Assembly (NCBI GenBank): GCA_051362555.1
Contig: CM120641.1
Coordinates: 29,704,401 to 29,768,400, forward strand
Length of the DNA stretch: 64,000 nucleotides
Reading direction: 5' to 3'
Origin: Lingula anatina
Taxonomy: Eukaryota; Animalia; Brachiopoda
Shown here: one piece after another, positions 25,587 to 38,042 of the stretch
How the letters are laid out: the number at the start of each line of letters is the position of its first letter
How positions within the stretch are numbered: position 1 is the first letter of the stretch
Position numbers and translations under genes: made by a program
Notes under the pieces: model-generated
The model's input: only the letters and a program-made list of their open reading frames with translations
Database searches by the model: none
What the model was told of the DNA's origin: nothing

Positions 25587-25755
25587 CAGGCCCGTAGCCA
25601 GCAAATTCAAAAGAGGGGGTTCTTTTTCTGAAAAAGTGGATCTTTTACAATGAAACTTATGTGTACCTAGGTACAATTTTACCCAAAATGGACCTTTTCC
25701 AGACAAAAGGGGCGGTTCTTTCGAACCCCCCGAACCCCCCCTGCCTACGGGCCTG
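25587..25755. mobile_element. hAT5-like MITE family D (other copies 28228-28376, 49391-49572, degenerate ~53230-53395)
   Basis: TIR CAGGCCCGTAG..CTACGGGCCTG with 5-bp TSD TTGTA. Confidence 0.8.
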
Positions 25756-27002
25756 TTGTATTAATGGGCTGTGTATGTTTCTCTCTTTCATATTTATTAC
25801 AAGATATCAGTTTCTCCTTCATATTCTATAAATCATTATTTTGTAGTAAGTGTTCAGACTTATTATACACATGATACACAGATACTTATATTTTCAATAA
25901 AACATGTCTTTGCATTTGGCTTTTAATATTAAAATACCATACATTGTATAACTTGAAAAGTGGGTTGGATGGGGGCTCATGGATTCAACATTCGGACTAT
26001 TTGGGGAGTGACATAGGTTTTCTAATATCATTAACGTTAAAACTTAATATTTGAAGTACAGTGTATGCATATTTGGCACATGCACTTTTCATTTTTAATA
26101 CGAAAACTAAGAAAATGTCGGTTTCTATGGAGATGACTGACTGCTTGTTTATGTTCTGGAGTTGTAATGATCGACGTGTGTTCATCCGTGTTCTTATCTT
26201 CTAGCACCATTTTTACTTATTGCTACTTAAGGAATGAAAACCTGCCAGTTTGTTCTGATCAAAGATTAATGATAAGTTTTACCAAGTTTTTACATTTTAT
26301 AGTTAAAATCTATGTCACGTTTCCAACATGCGTCATATCACTTGACAAATAAGACCATTATTGCACGGATGAACTCGGGGTACATTTTATGAATGTTAAT
26401 TTTACAAAAAGTGTCATTTAAACCATATCCGTTCATATCATCAGGTTCAATATTTGCGTAATGTCCAGTAAGTTTATTTCTTTACAAAATCATTTTAATC
26501 AGCAGGCTATTTTGCAAATTATGTCGGAATATATCACTTAAGAATTAAGATGGTCAAGTCGATGTTTACCCATCAAGGCACTTATTTGCTGAACGAAATG
26601 TTTCCTGGCGCGCTTTGTTTAGTTCACGTTTCAGAATGGCCCATTCCTATAATTTTCAGCCGTGTTTAGTAAATTACTGTGAACGAGATGTGCAAAGGAA
26701 AAATTCTGTATACAGGGAAGTTTGGAAGATGCACGAAAATGCTTTCATTGATTGTGCATTGTGATAGTGAGAATTAATTATAAATAAGAGAACCCCCGGT
26801 GGGAGAGGGAAAACATTTCAACGACAACGTATTTAGTCGAGTGAACCTTCGCAAAAAAATTAATACATGACACGCAACATTACCCGTCTAAACAAACAAT
26901 TATCATTACTTCTACTGTGTTTTGGTCTGTGTTCGCATCATGCCTGTATCCAGTGACGATGTAACTCATCCCATGCTGGTTGAGTCCGGACATCTCTCCT
27001 TA

Positions 27003-27180
27003 GAGCGCATTCAGAACTAACAGATCCGTGGATCAAACATTTCGACCAACTTAAAAGCCTGCCGCTTAATTCCCGATCAGACACTGAATAAATTCCCCGC
27101 GGGGATTATAAAACAAGCATTCAAGTGGGTCGGCCGTATTTGATCCGCGGATCTGTTAGTCCACTGGTCTGAATGCGCTC
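27003..27180. mobile_element. PIF/Harbinger-like MITE
   Basis: TIR GAGCGCATTCAGA, TTA TSD, and further internal inverted repeats. Confidence 0.8.
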
Positions 27181-27204
27181 TTAAACTGGTCTTATCTAAA
27201 CAAA

Positions 27205-27638
27205 ACTAGAAAAGCACTCAGAGAGCGCAGACCTCCGCCAAGGCAGCAAAGTCTCCATCCAATGCCGTTTCACCCCTAAATTTTCGATATTTTTGATTAT
27301 TGATTATTGATTGATTATTGATCCGGACCACCACCAAAAATTAACCATCTGTTCCTTGGCCCACTTCTGACAGTTCCTGAAAATTTCATCAAAATCGGTC
27401 CATAACTTAGTTTTTTGATTATTGATTATTGATTGATTATTGGTCCGGATCACCACCAAAATCTAATCACTTCTAAGTTAACCCATTTCTGACCTACCCT
27501 GAAAATTCCTTCGAAATTCATCCATAACTTTTTGAGTTATGTTGATGACAAACAGACAGACAGACAGACAGACAGAAAGAAAGAAAGACAGACAGACAAA
27601 CAAACAGGGGTGAAAACATAACCTCCTTGGCGGAGGTA
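27205..27638 (-). mobile_element. HINE/Helitron-like element (family B) with two internal repeats and a GACA microsatellite
   Basis: ACTAG end plus hairpin; subterminal inverted repeats ACCTCCGCCAAGG/CCTTGGCGGAGGT; (ACAG)n. Confidence 0.8.
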
Positions 27639-28227
27639 AAAACCAGCTAAAAAATATTTGTGTGCTGTGCAAGACTGGGCAACAGCAAATTAGCTACGGG
27701 CATGCTACACAGCTGGATACGGTAGGGTGGGTTTCAATTCCTCCTCCTCCTTTTTGATATTTTGCCTGTCTGTCCTGCTTAAAAAAGAAAGGACTATTCG
27801 CCACATATAATGTTAAATGATGTTTGAAGAAAGTATGTTCACCGGTTGGTGAGTTTAATGAACCTAAAAAAGACAGGGTGTGTCGAGTTTATTTAGGGTT
27901 GGGTTCAAGGGTTAGGTTTTGGCTTAGGTTCAGCTAGTTTTGCTTTTAACTCACAAGAATCGAATGCCAATTCCAGGAATCTTAAATGGCAGTTAACCCT
28001 GTTGGGTTACGGATCATGCACTTTATTGCAAAAGTGTGTGTGTGTGTGTGCGCGCGTGCGTGCGCGTATGCTGCGGTATGGGGGGGGGGGTGGCGGTGGA
28101 GAGGTCACCTTTCTCTCGTTTCTTTTGACACTATCTTAATGCAATTTTGAACAAATGTTTTCGGTCTTATGCGTATGGATAGCTCTCTCTATTTGTATCC
28201 GATAATCATGATAGCTTGAAACAAAAT

Positions 28228-28376
28228 CAGGCCCGTAGCCAACAATTGCGAAAGGGGGTTCTTTTTCTGAAAAAGTGGACCTTTTGTCATGAAACCTTAG
28301 TTTACCTAGATCAAATTTACCCAGAGTGGACCTTTCGAACCCTAAGACCCCCCCCCCCCCTTTGACTAAGGTCCTG
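28228..28376. mobile_element. MITE family D copy
   Basis: Matches 25587-25755. Confidence 0.75.
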
Positions 28377-28442
28377 AAATTGATAGAGAATTTGTTTGTG
28401 GCTTCTCAAATGAAAGCTTTATCTTATGAATACTGAAAAGAC

Positions 28443-28474
<32 letters not shown>

Positions 28475-30752
28475 TCAGAAGACACGCCTCCCCAATACAT
28501 TTAAGTAATTACGCGTAGCCTACGGGCGTTAACCAGAACACATGTGTCTTTCAAGTAAGTCTCGGAATATTCTTTTTAAAAAGTGGAGGTACATAAGATT
28601 AACATTACACACGTGCTTAATAATCTTAAATGTTTTACGTGTGAAGCAGCGTCTTCGATTTGGTTACTTGTCTGAAATATCCCTTAATTGCCGAGAAAAC
28701 CCTCCAGTCCAATTACTGATCGCGAAGTGCTGACGCAAATCGCCCACTGTCAGTGTGTACACTGTTGGCAACACGCACGTGCGTCCACTAAGGACGCAAA
28801 TTAATGGTCAATCTTTACATGAAAAACTTTGTTTGGCTATGAGATAAAACAAAAAGCAAAGGAAATGCAAATTTAACAGTCTTATTTATTACACTCATTG
28901 CACAAAATTTCCGTCTTCTATAAGCGCTTTGTTAATTCAGATTAAAGGAAGATGTCACTTCCCATTTCGGTGTCCTTAAAATGTGAAGTTCCTACAGCAT
29001 GAAAAACAGTACACCGATGGATACCTAACACTTCTAATACTAAATTGGTCACGATTCTTGTTTTAAGAGAGATCCGATGCAGTTCAAGTACGAACGATTG
29101 ACGCCAATCATTATATAGCTCTTCAAAAGTAAGCCTAGTCTCCGTCTCTTGGAGTCATTAGTATAAGATAACACAATTAAATCTAGCACATATAAACTAG
29201 ATTAAGCAACAACAATGCATCGTGATAAGTTGCACAAAATGCCGCAAAAATAAAAAAATAGATAAGAGCGTAAGTGGTTGCATTCTTAACATACTTGTTA
29301 ACCAACAATTAGAAGTCACTACGATATTAAACTACGCAATAAAATTAATAACTTCCGAGATTCTTAATGAATAAAGTTGTGCTTTGGAAAATAAGACCCA
29401 ATACTCTGACCAGCAGACGGTTTAAGATCTGAATTTTCTAATGTATACGTACGGTAATCTGGCAAACTGTACTACATGTAACAGCAAGCTATTTCTTACA
29501 AGAAAAGCGGTCTCACAATAAATAACCAACAAGTTGTGACATGCGGATAGAAATGAACATCGACATTTGAAAAAGCAATGAGCTACATACATATAGTGTG
29601 TATATAGCTCATTGAAACAACCAACTTCATCTGAATACATTCCATGTAATAACTTTTTATTAGTGATGGAACTCTATATGTGCAAACGTTATGTATTAGA
29701 GTAAATCTTCGTGTGCATTTGAAAACTGTCCAAAATACTTGGAGGTGGGATGGGGTGGGATTGGGGTTTACTTTCAAATACATTGTTTTGGTGAAACAAA
29801 CAATAAGCGAGAATTTTCTGCATAGATTTGGTCCAATTTTCAGCTACAACGATGCATACATTAAAACTATATTGCAGTTGAAAAGCTAATCAATAATATT
29901 TATTTTTTTCTTCATTCTAGGCAGCTGATGATAATAATTTAAATAGGATTGTCTAAAAGTCTACATCACAATGGAATGTTAAGTGCGCAAAACTGGTGAA
30001 AAAATTCTCCTGCATCTTAAGTAGTGTTACTATATCTGTGTAGATTTGAATATAGTTGAACTGAACAGGTGGACAGAGAACTGACACAGGTGTATTTTTC
30101 CAATTATTCAAATATAATTGTCATTGCACCTTCATTTAAACTGCTATTGTAATGTTGTTTTCTATACAGATGGAATTTGCCTGCTTGTTTGTATCCTGTT
30201 ACGTTCTTTCTTCAAAGCATAAAGTTGAATGATATACTAGCTATAAAACATTACTACTATATACCATCTGTTAAATTATTCTTGAATTTCATAGCAACAC
30301 AAGTGACTGTGGACAAATTCAGTTCTGAGGCTATTACTAAGGAAATACATTATTTAAAGTGCTAAACAACACACACCACACAATTTTTTCTCAGAATTAA
30401 AACTTTAACAAAATTACTGTCCACCCACATTTGTGCAAATAATGTAACAAAACTGCTGGCAAGAATCTGGATTATTTCAGTAGTCTTCACAAACCAATTG
30501 TCAATATTCGATGGATATTTAATTCGCAAGCTTGGGCACCTGCCCCATGTATTGGAGTGAGAAGTAAAAGTGCACAGCTTTCACTGCCATGCAACTTATA
30601 CTATTACTTTCAAAAGTTTACTTCTGGTCTTTTTGCTGGTCCAAAATCTTCTGGTCAGTTGATATTGTTGATATCCTAGTAAACCTACACAGATAGTGAC
30701 AGACAAGATGACAGTGTCGAATGTGTTTCACCAGTAAAATGCCAGGTAGGCT

Positions 30753-33700
30753 TCAGCCTTTCTTGCAGAAAGAACAAGAGCAGCGGACTGCAGACTTGAA
30801 TACAAATGTTCGCTGTTCCCCCACACACCGAACATGGACTTTTATCTGAATAAAAAAAGATAATTATGAAATTAATCAATAAATGAAGATAATTAGCAGG
30901 CTTAAACATTTTAAAATATATTTTATATATCAAACTTTATTCAAATTATGCCTCATCATGTATTTTTTAATTTTTTATCAGTCTTAACTTACATGCTTTT
31001 CTGAAAATAAATATGGAAACTGGTCATGAAGCATTTACAACAATACTTTTTTACATCACATTATTACACAGGCGTACAATGCTATTGATTCCAAAGAATT
31101 GATTTTAACTCCCTCATTGGAAATAATCTAAAAGTAGCAGTTCGGACACCTGATAGGTGCATGCGGTTTACATAACATAGTTCTCCAGTGGATTTACACT
31201 CTTTTCAAGGAGATAATAATAGAGATTTGACTGAGATCCTTCCCACATGTCTACCCATCTTATTCTCCCGAAAACCTAAGCCAGAGACCACAGAGAAATA
31301 ACAAAGGTTATAGTTCTATTGCAGTCGAAGCACCCAAGAAGAAAAAATGAACAACTTTTTGTCTTTTTAGAATGTTAAAGTTACCCACAATACAGAAAAT
31401 GTCATACGTTTTATGTCTGAACACTTTTTATGACCTTTTCACAAACCACTCTGTATTTTAGGAATCTGAAATGACAATTCGACTAATGAACCAAAATCAA
31501 TCACTGCCAATAGTTTGTGCTGTTGTAAAGTTGCACTTACTATCCCTTGTAGGCAACCAAGTTATTCTTAAAGCATATAACTAACTTAATTATCCAGGGT
31601 TTCCAAAATTGATTGATTAACCACTTTAGGTATGTTTGTTAACTAAAGTTATTCCCACATAGGTCATTTACAGTGGTTTTCCACTAATAAAAACCAGTAC
31701 GTAATACCTTATCAAATGCATACAAATCTTTGTGTTGATCGAACAATCACAGACATGTATAAAACCATAAAACACAGTACATAGATTTGTTAGAGATTCC
31801 AGTTAAAGACACCAAAACTTGACATTAATTAACCCCATAGAGCCCGTCACCGCATATGTGCGGTTCAATTACCGCTTACCCCAAACGCCCAAAACCGCAT
31901 ATGTGCGTATCTTGGAAAGATCGTCTTTTGTACTCTTTTGTATCGTGAGTCATGAAATGATATATAGTTTAACATCCGGGTATGTTTCTTGTCTCTCATT
32001 GCCACCATTTTTAAAGGCGATAGAAATATATATGAGCGAGAAAACGGCGATTTTCAAGACTTAGTTGGAGAAAGTAAAATCAAGATGGCGGTTCCTCGCT
32101 ACGGTAGGGACCTGCGAAGGGATATTGTTATTGAAATGATTGAAAATCCGGACTTTGAAGAGAAGTTTTCGTGTGACAGTAACATAGAAAGTGGCGTTGA
32201 TATTCATTTTTTTATGAAATAAAGGACGATAGAAATATATATGAGCGAGAAATCGGCGATTTTCTAGACCTAGCTGGTGAAAGTAAAATCAAAATGGCGA
32301 CTTCTCACTACGGAAGGGGCCTGCGAATGAATACTGTTATTGAAATGATTCAAAACTACGACACTGATAAGGTGTTTTCGAGTGACAGTGATATAGACAG
32401 TGGGGATGATATTCCTTTATTCATGATATAAGTTTTAAAGATGTTTTTGTCATAGATGGTGTAAAAATTTGACTTCTTTTCAGCTCTGGCCACGATGTTC
32501 AGGTGAGCTGAAAAGCTGGTATACCTGATAGCAAAACGATCATAACTTGAAAATTGATAGAGATAAATTGCTGAAATTTCCTGGGTTGAAGGTTACTATA
32601 ATTGACATCATCCCTGTGAATTTTCAGGCAAATGTATGTAGAAATAAAAAATTGATGTGCATAAGATAAATCAACTTTGTTTTATTTTACCCATTACCAA
32701 ATGAAAATGTAGTTTTTAACCGGCTATAACTTTTGATACTGCATGTTAAATTTAAATGTAATTCTATTTTCATTTAGCTTGAAATATTGGCTTTTTAAAA
32801 ATGTATACTTAGTATGGGTAATAAAGACAAACAAATAAATTATGACCAATTTACTGAGGTGACCCGGCTTTTCAAGGCTAGCTCACAGAATTAATTGGGC
32901 ACAGCAGAGCTTTATGGGTCAGCATTAAATGGGTCCTATGGGGTTAAAAGGAGTAGATGATTCACTGAATAGGCTTTGGATTGTTGTCTACACCCAAAAC
33001 GAAAAAAAAAAAAATTAAATGTTCAAAAATGGAAAGACAAAAATGGGAGGAAAATAATTCAGGGTGGGCTTTCAGTGGTGCTGACAGACACTTGCAGGTG
33101 GTGTTTGCTGCCACAAAAATGAACATGAAAGGGTATATATCTTAAGTTGTGAACTTTAATTATAGCAATAATTCATCTTTTCACACTTTTAGGCATTTGA
33201 GCTTGAATGACCTTGCTGGTTCCATAAATAATGTTATTACATGAAAGAATGTGCCCTATTATTTGCAACTAATTGTGACTAAATCACATGAAAAAAGTCT
33301 CAGTATGAGTTCAAAGTGCACTTTGAGATCCTGGTACTCCAAAATGTGACAGCATTGAATGGCAATCAGAGAATACTGGTCAAATGAATCTTTACTCTAA
33401 AGTTCTGTTAGCCTGAGTTCTAATCATTCCATAGATTTGTTACTTTCGTATGCCACCTGTCTCTAGGTTTGTTATGCTGACATCAAGATTAAGAGATCAG
33501 ATATGAACAATATTATGTGCTTTTCAGGGGCGGATTTAGGCCGTCTTCTGGGTCTTCCGGAAGACGGTCAGATTTTCAAGTTTACATTGATGGGTATCTA
33601 ATTTTTTCTGTCGGAAGACGGTCAAAAAATGGAGGATGGATCAACAAATATAATATGGAAGACTGTCAGAAAATATCTCTGGATCCGCCCCTGCTTTTGA

Positions 33701-34505
33701 TAGGTTGGAGTTGTAGTATATTGGAGTATCTGCACTTTGAAGGAGCAACATTTTGCCACATGGAATTTACAGCTTGGTGGAATAATGACCTAACCATATG
33801 TTGTCTATTGAGAAAAATCACAAAATATTCAATTTTTTTCAAACATTTCAGAGAACAGGACCGCCCTAGCAACAAAAATTTGGAAACAAAGATTCTGTTT
33901 AGTATAGAAAAGTTCCCAAAGAAGTATGCCCCTTGACCTGTTTTCCATCAATCTAAGTATTTGACATGAAAGTTTTTAATAAAGCAAATATATTCTAAAA
34001 ATAAACCTGTGTTTAATGTATAAAAAAAATACAACTTACATCATGGGATTCCACTATGTTACAACAAGAAGATTTGGATGTAATAATGTGATTTGGGTTG
34101 GCCTCTAAAGTCCGTTGTGGAGATGGGAAGGCATAGGACGTGCAATAGCCTACACATGCATTTATCCGGACTTCAAACCCCACACAGTCTTTTGGTTTCA
34201 CTTTTCTTATCTGTGCTAAAATAGAAATGTTAATAACAATGATAGATAAAATGGACATAATCATAATGAGCTATTGAAAAATGTGACAAATGCAAAGAGT
34301 GTGACAATGGATTATTTCAAAACAACAACACTTCAAACTATTGATGGGTATGTATATATATACTGGAAAAAAACATATAGGCCCTTATAAGACACTATAT
34401 CTATCAGTTATTTACACTCCAATTGACAGAAAATCTTAATATAAAATGCATCCATGTCAATTTAATATCAGTGAGCAAAATGAAAAAAAAAGATTTTTAA
34501 TCTAC

Positions 34506-34543
<38 letters not shown>

Positions 34544-34671
34544 CTTCACTTACAAACTATGTGACAGCCTGGCCTTTTGTAATCTTGTGAATATGCTGAT
34601 AGGGTAAGTGTAAGCAGCAAAAAGACTGTTTTAAAAACATGTGTATAGTCTGATATCCTGAAGGGTTGCAT
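30753..34671 (-). CDS. GPA2: Glycoprotein hormone alpha-2 (thyrostimulin alpha), 128 aa (coding exons 34671-34554, 34215-34040, 30845-30753)
   Basis: Signal peptide, then RPGCHIV|SQIRKVKPKDCVGFEVRINACVGYCTSYAFPS...SCCNIVESHD|IKVHVRCVGEQRTFVFKSAVRCSCSFCKKG*. Ten Cys; both donors are GTAAGT; phases 1 and 0 keep the frame. Confidence 0.95.
31833..32943. mobile_element. Non-autonomous piggyBac-like element in a GPA2 intron
   Basis: TTAA TSDs; termini CCCCATAG..CTATGGGG; subterminal ACCGCATATGTGCG twice; internal ~210-bp duplication. Confidence 0.8.
33525..33693. mobile_element. hAT5-like MITE in a GPA2 intron
   Basis: TIR CAGGGGCGGAT..ATCCGCCCCTG; 5-bp TSD CTTTT. Confidence 0.8.
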
Positions 34672-37150
34672 GGCACAGTTGTAAAGGAATGATAACACAC
34701 CAGATATGGTCTCTTTTCCTTTCTCCTGATCACTTTATGATATGAAGTTAGTCTCCTGAAAGAATTAAAGCAAATAATAACTAGGACAGTGCACAAAATA
34801 GTGTTATATCATGCTTAAAAGCTTAATCACCACTAATTTTAATAATGCACTATTCTTAAATTAAATATGGAAATTCAGAACACGTTACTAGCTTCAGGAC
34901 TTCAGATTCATGGGAGTCTGAAGTCACACCTTAAAAATGCAAATGTGTGAAAAACAAAAAATTAACAAAAATCCACATAACTTCAAGAAAAATGGTCCAA
35001 TAAAGCTGTTGTTTTAGCTTAACATGAATTTAAGTACTATGAATCATATTGTTATTTAATTAAAGCACAACTTTCCACTTACAGCAATACCAGTGTCTGT
35101 GTCAAAATAGACTTATTGGCAATTTTGGTGCATTATTACATTATATATGTTATCAACATCGATTTCTAACAACATGAAACTGTTGATTAGGACATGTAAC
35201 TATCACAGGGATTCAGGCCCATAGGACTTCAAACTCACACCTTGAAAAAGATAGGTGTGAAAAATGAAAAAAAAAAAAAAAGTTGAATCTATCAGGCTAG
35301 TTTTCCAAATTGAACAAAGTATACATGTATAAGTCCAAAGAAGCATTCTTATAAATTTGAGGATAATAATCAACATGGTTAACCTTTTATGGTGTTTATA
35401 GTGGTAGTGCACAAAAAAAGGTTTTTGTCAATTTTGATACAATATAGTACCTAATGCTTTTAAACAGCATAATCACCACATATTGTGTACATAAGCACTG
35501 TGTTTGTATATAAAAGGAGTTTTCAGTGCCAAAAAACATATTTATACATTTTAACTAAGGGCCCATTTGATGCTCAATAAGCCATGGCCACAAAAGTGAC
35601 AAACAACAAAACATGTTCCAGTAATATGTGACAGTGATGTATTTTATGGTAGCATGCTATACTTTTTCATTAATATGCTTTATGACAAAACCAGTGGACC
35701 ATACCTCGGATTCTACACTTAATGTAATTACATGCCACGCATTGCAAAACTAACCTGAGCATAAATGTCTAGTCTACCCATGTTTTTAGTAAATGAAGGT
35801 AGATTTAGTCCAATCTTTCAAATGTTCAAGATCTGGGTGAAAAAACCAATGTTACAAAAATTCCAAGAACATAATATATCCAACTGTTTACTTTAGTGAC
35901 ATGAAAAATTATTAGTTCATGTTGCAAACTTCATAGAGAAAATATGTTTTGAAGCTCGGCACAATTTAGTATTACCTATATTACCCTTAGGCCTCATTCC
36001 CATTGAAACTACTGGTTTACGCAGATCAAACCAACTCCGCAGAGACTATTGCTGCATGCAATCAGTTTAACAGAAAAACCTTCCTCTTCTTCTTTCCAAC
36101 ATAGTCATATAATCACCAGCTTTTCTGTTTTACTTAACACGATGAGGAGCTCGGTGTGTAAATCTGTTAAGTTGAAGCTGGCTCAATCTATGTAGACTGA
36201 TAGTTTTAATGGGATTAAACAGCATTAAACAGTATCAATTAATCATCTATAACTAATGCCTGTCTTTTAACAACAAAAACAATCATATATTATATAAGCA
36301 TTTTATACTAAACTAAACTATTGAGCCAGTTCTTGCTTCATAAAATTCCTTTTTGGCACTTACCAGTTTTCATAATCTCACACTTCTTATATTGAAAGGG
36401 CTTCCATTATGAATGACAACTTCCAATACTATGCAATAAGCCTATGGCGTGCAATTACTTTATCCAGCACACCCTTAACTGTGGAGTACTATAGCTGGAG
36501 TGATCCTACAAATACGTCAACCTGGAATTCACCTATCCAGAAACAGTAGGTTTCCTGAAGTTCTATCTCAGAGGTTTAGGAACGGATTTATTCCAAAGCT
36601 CTACAAGCTCAAATGGGATTACAGACCACATACTACTGGGCTATTAAGGTAATTTGGGTCAAACTAATGATAATAAAGAAGATTATGTACACGACTGGGT
36701 TGAAAAAAAAATGCACCAAGTGTAGTGTCTGCAGGGAGCAGGGCAAATACCATTGGAAGTCAGCTAACACATTTCACATTGTTTTATTGCCTTTAAAATA
36801 TTTGACAAGAATTTTTGTCAAATATCATGCATACAGCTGAAACACAGGATAATGTACCAGAAGAGAGAGGCATACACGCTTGTCAAACTGTTAGATGGTT
36901 GAAACATATGGTTAACTTAAAAAACAGCAAAGGAAGTAGGCTGTAAAACCAGTGGCATGTGACAGATACTAGTATTATTGGAACTCCCTGTCAGATGGCA
37001 ATTTCTGAATGCCACTTGTGGAGGAACTTTTTTCTTCATCTAAATTAATAGACTGTTATCAAGTATATGTACCAGTAGCAGTGAGAGATAACCATTTGGG
37101 TAATAATGTTAATGACAAATATAGATAACTGCAGATGAAAATGTACTTAC

Positions 37151-37275
37151 CAACAGAAAAAAATCCTAAATCCAAAAGCTATTAAGCTAAGTAGTCCCTT
37201 GACTCCAACTACAATGTATAAGGAGAAAACACAATGTTCTGTATGGGTTGCAGTAAACACAAGTGAATTTATATA
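37151..37275 (-). promoter_or_regulatory. TATA box and putative non-coding exon 1 of GPA2
   Basis: TATATAAA at 37275-37268; donor TTG|GTAAGT at 37151; acceptor ctttcag before 34755, upstream of the ATG. Confidence 0.55.
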
Positions 37276-38011
37276 GGCCCTTCCTGATAAATATTTTGAC
37301 AGTCATACAGGCCCACCCAGACTCCACCATACATATATATATATATACTGGTACAGCAGTTGTTGGACTAAACTTGCAACGGAAGTGAAGCCTACCTCAT
37401 TTCTATCATTGTTTTACCATTATGGTACCCGCCTGGAGCCCAGACAGATTAGAGGTTTTATTAATCTTCTTATTGACATTTACCACCATGCTTAGTTACG
37501 CATGGATTCTAATTGCTGAAAATTTATTATCCTAATATTTGTACAGTGAAACATGCTGTATTATTTATAAATCCGAGTAATCCTAAGGTGAAATGTTACT
37601 GCCCTTACATCAGGCATGGCCAAACATTCCTATTTGGGGTTCAGCAGGCAAACCCTGTTCCAACACACCAACCATGCATGCAAACAAATGTCTTAATGCC
37701 AGGTGGGATTTCATTAAAACATTAAACAGCTTGCCAAAGTGTCATATAAGTCAAGGGACAAATCGTTTTTTTTATGTAACTACTGAAAATGTACATTTCT
37801 GAAGGCTACAGCAAGCTAGACATTTCTTAACAGCGGAAACATTACATGATTTGTTTCCTTTTGGAGAATTAGAGTGGGTGTTTATTAAATCTACAACAGA
37901 AATGAGTAAAAGTTATATAGCTTTTTGGAGGCAATAAGTGGATGATGAAGTGATGGGTTAAAGTCCCCTCTGGAGAATGTTTGGCAGCTCACACCAAGAA
38001 GATGAAAATAC

Positions 38012-38042
<31 letters not shown>

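Noticed and set aside
27890-27930. TTAGGG-like tract
   Set aside because: Too short and degenerate to call interstitial telomeric sequence.
33517-33936. 139-aa ORF antisense within a GPA2 intron
   Set aside because: Non-ATG start, begins at a MITE, and has no recognisable domain.
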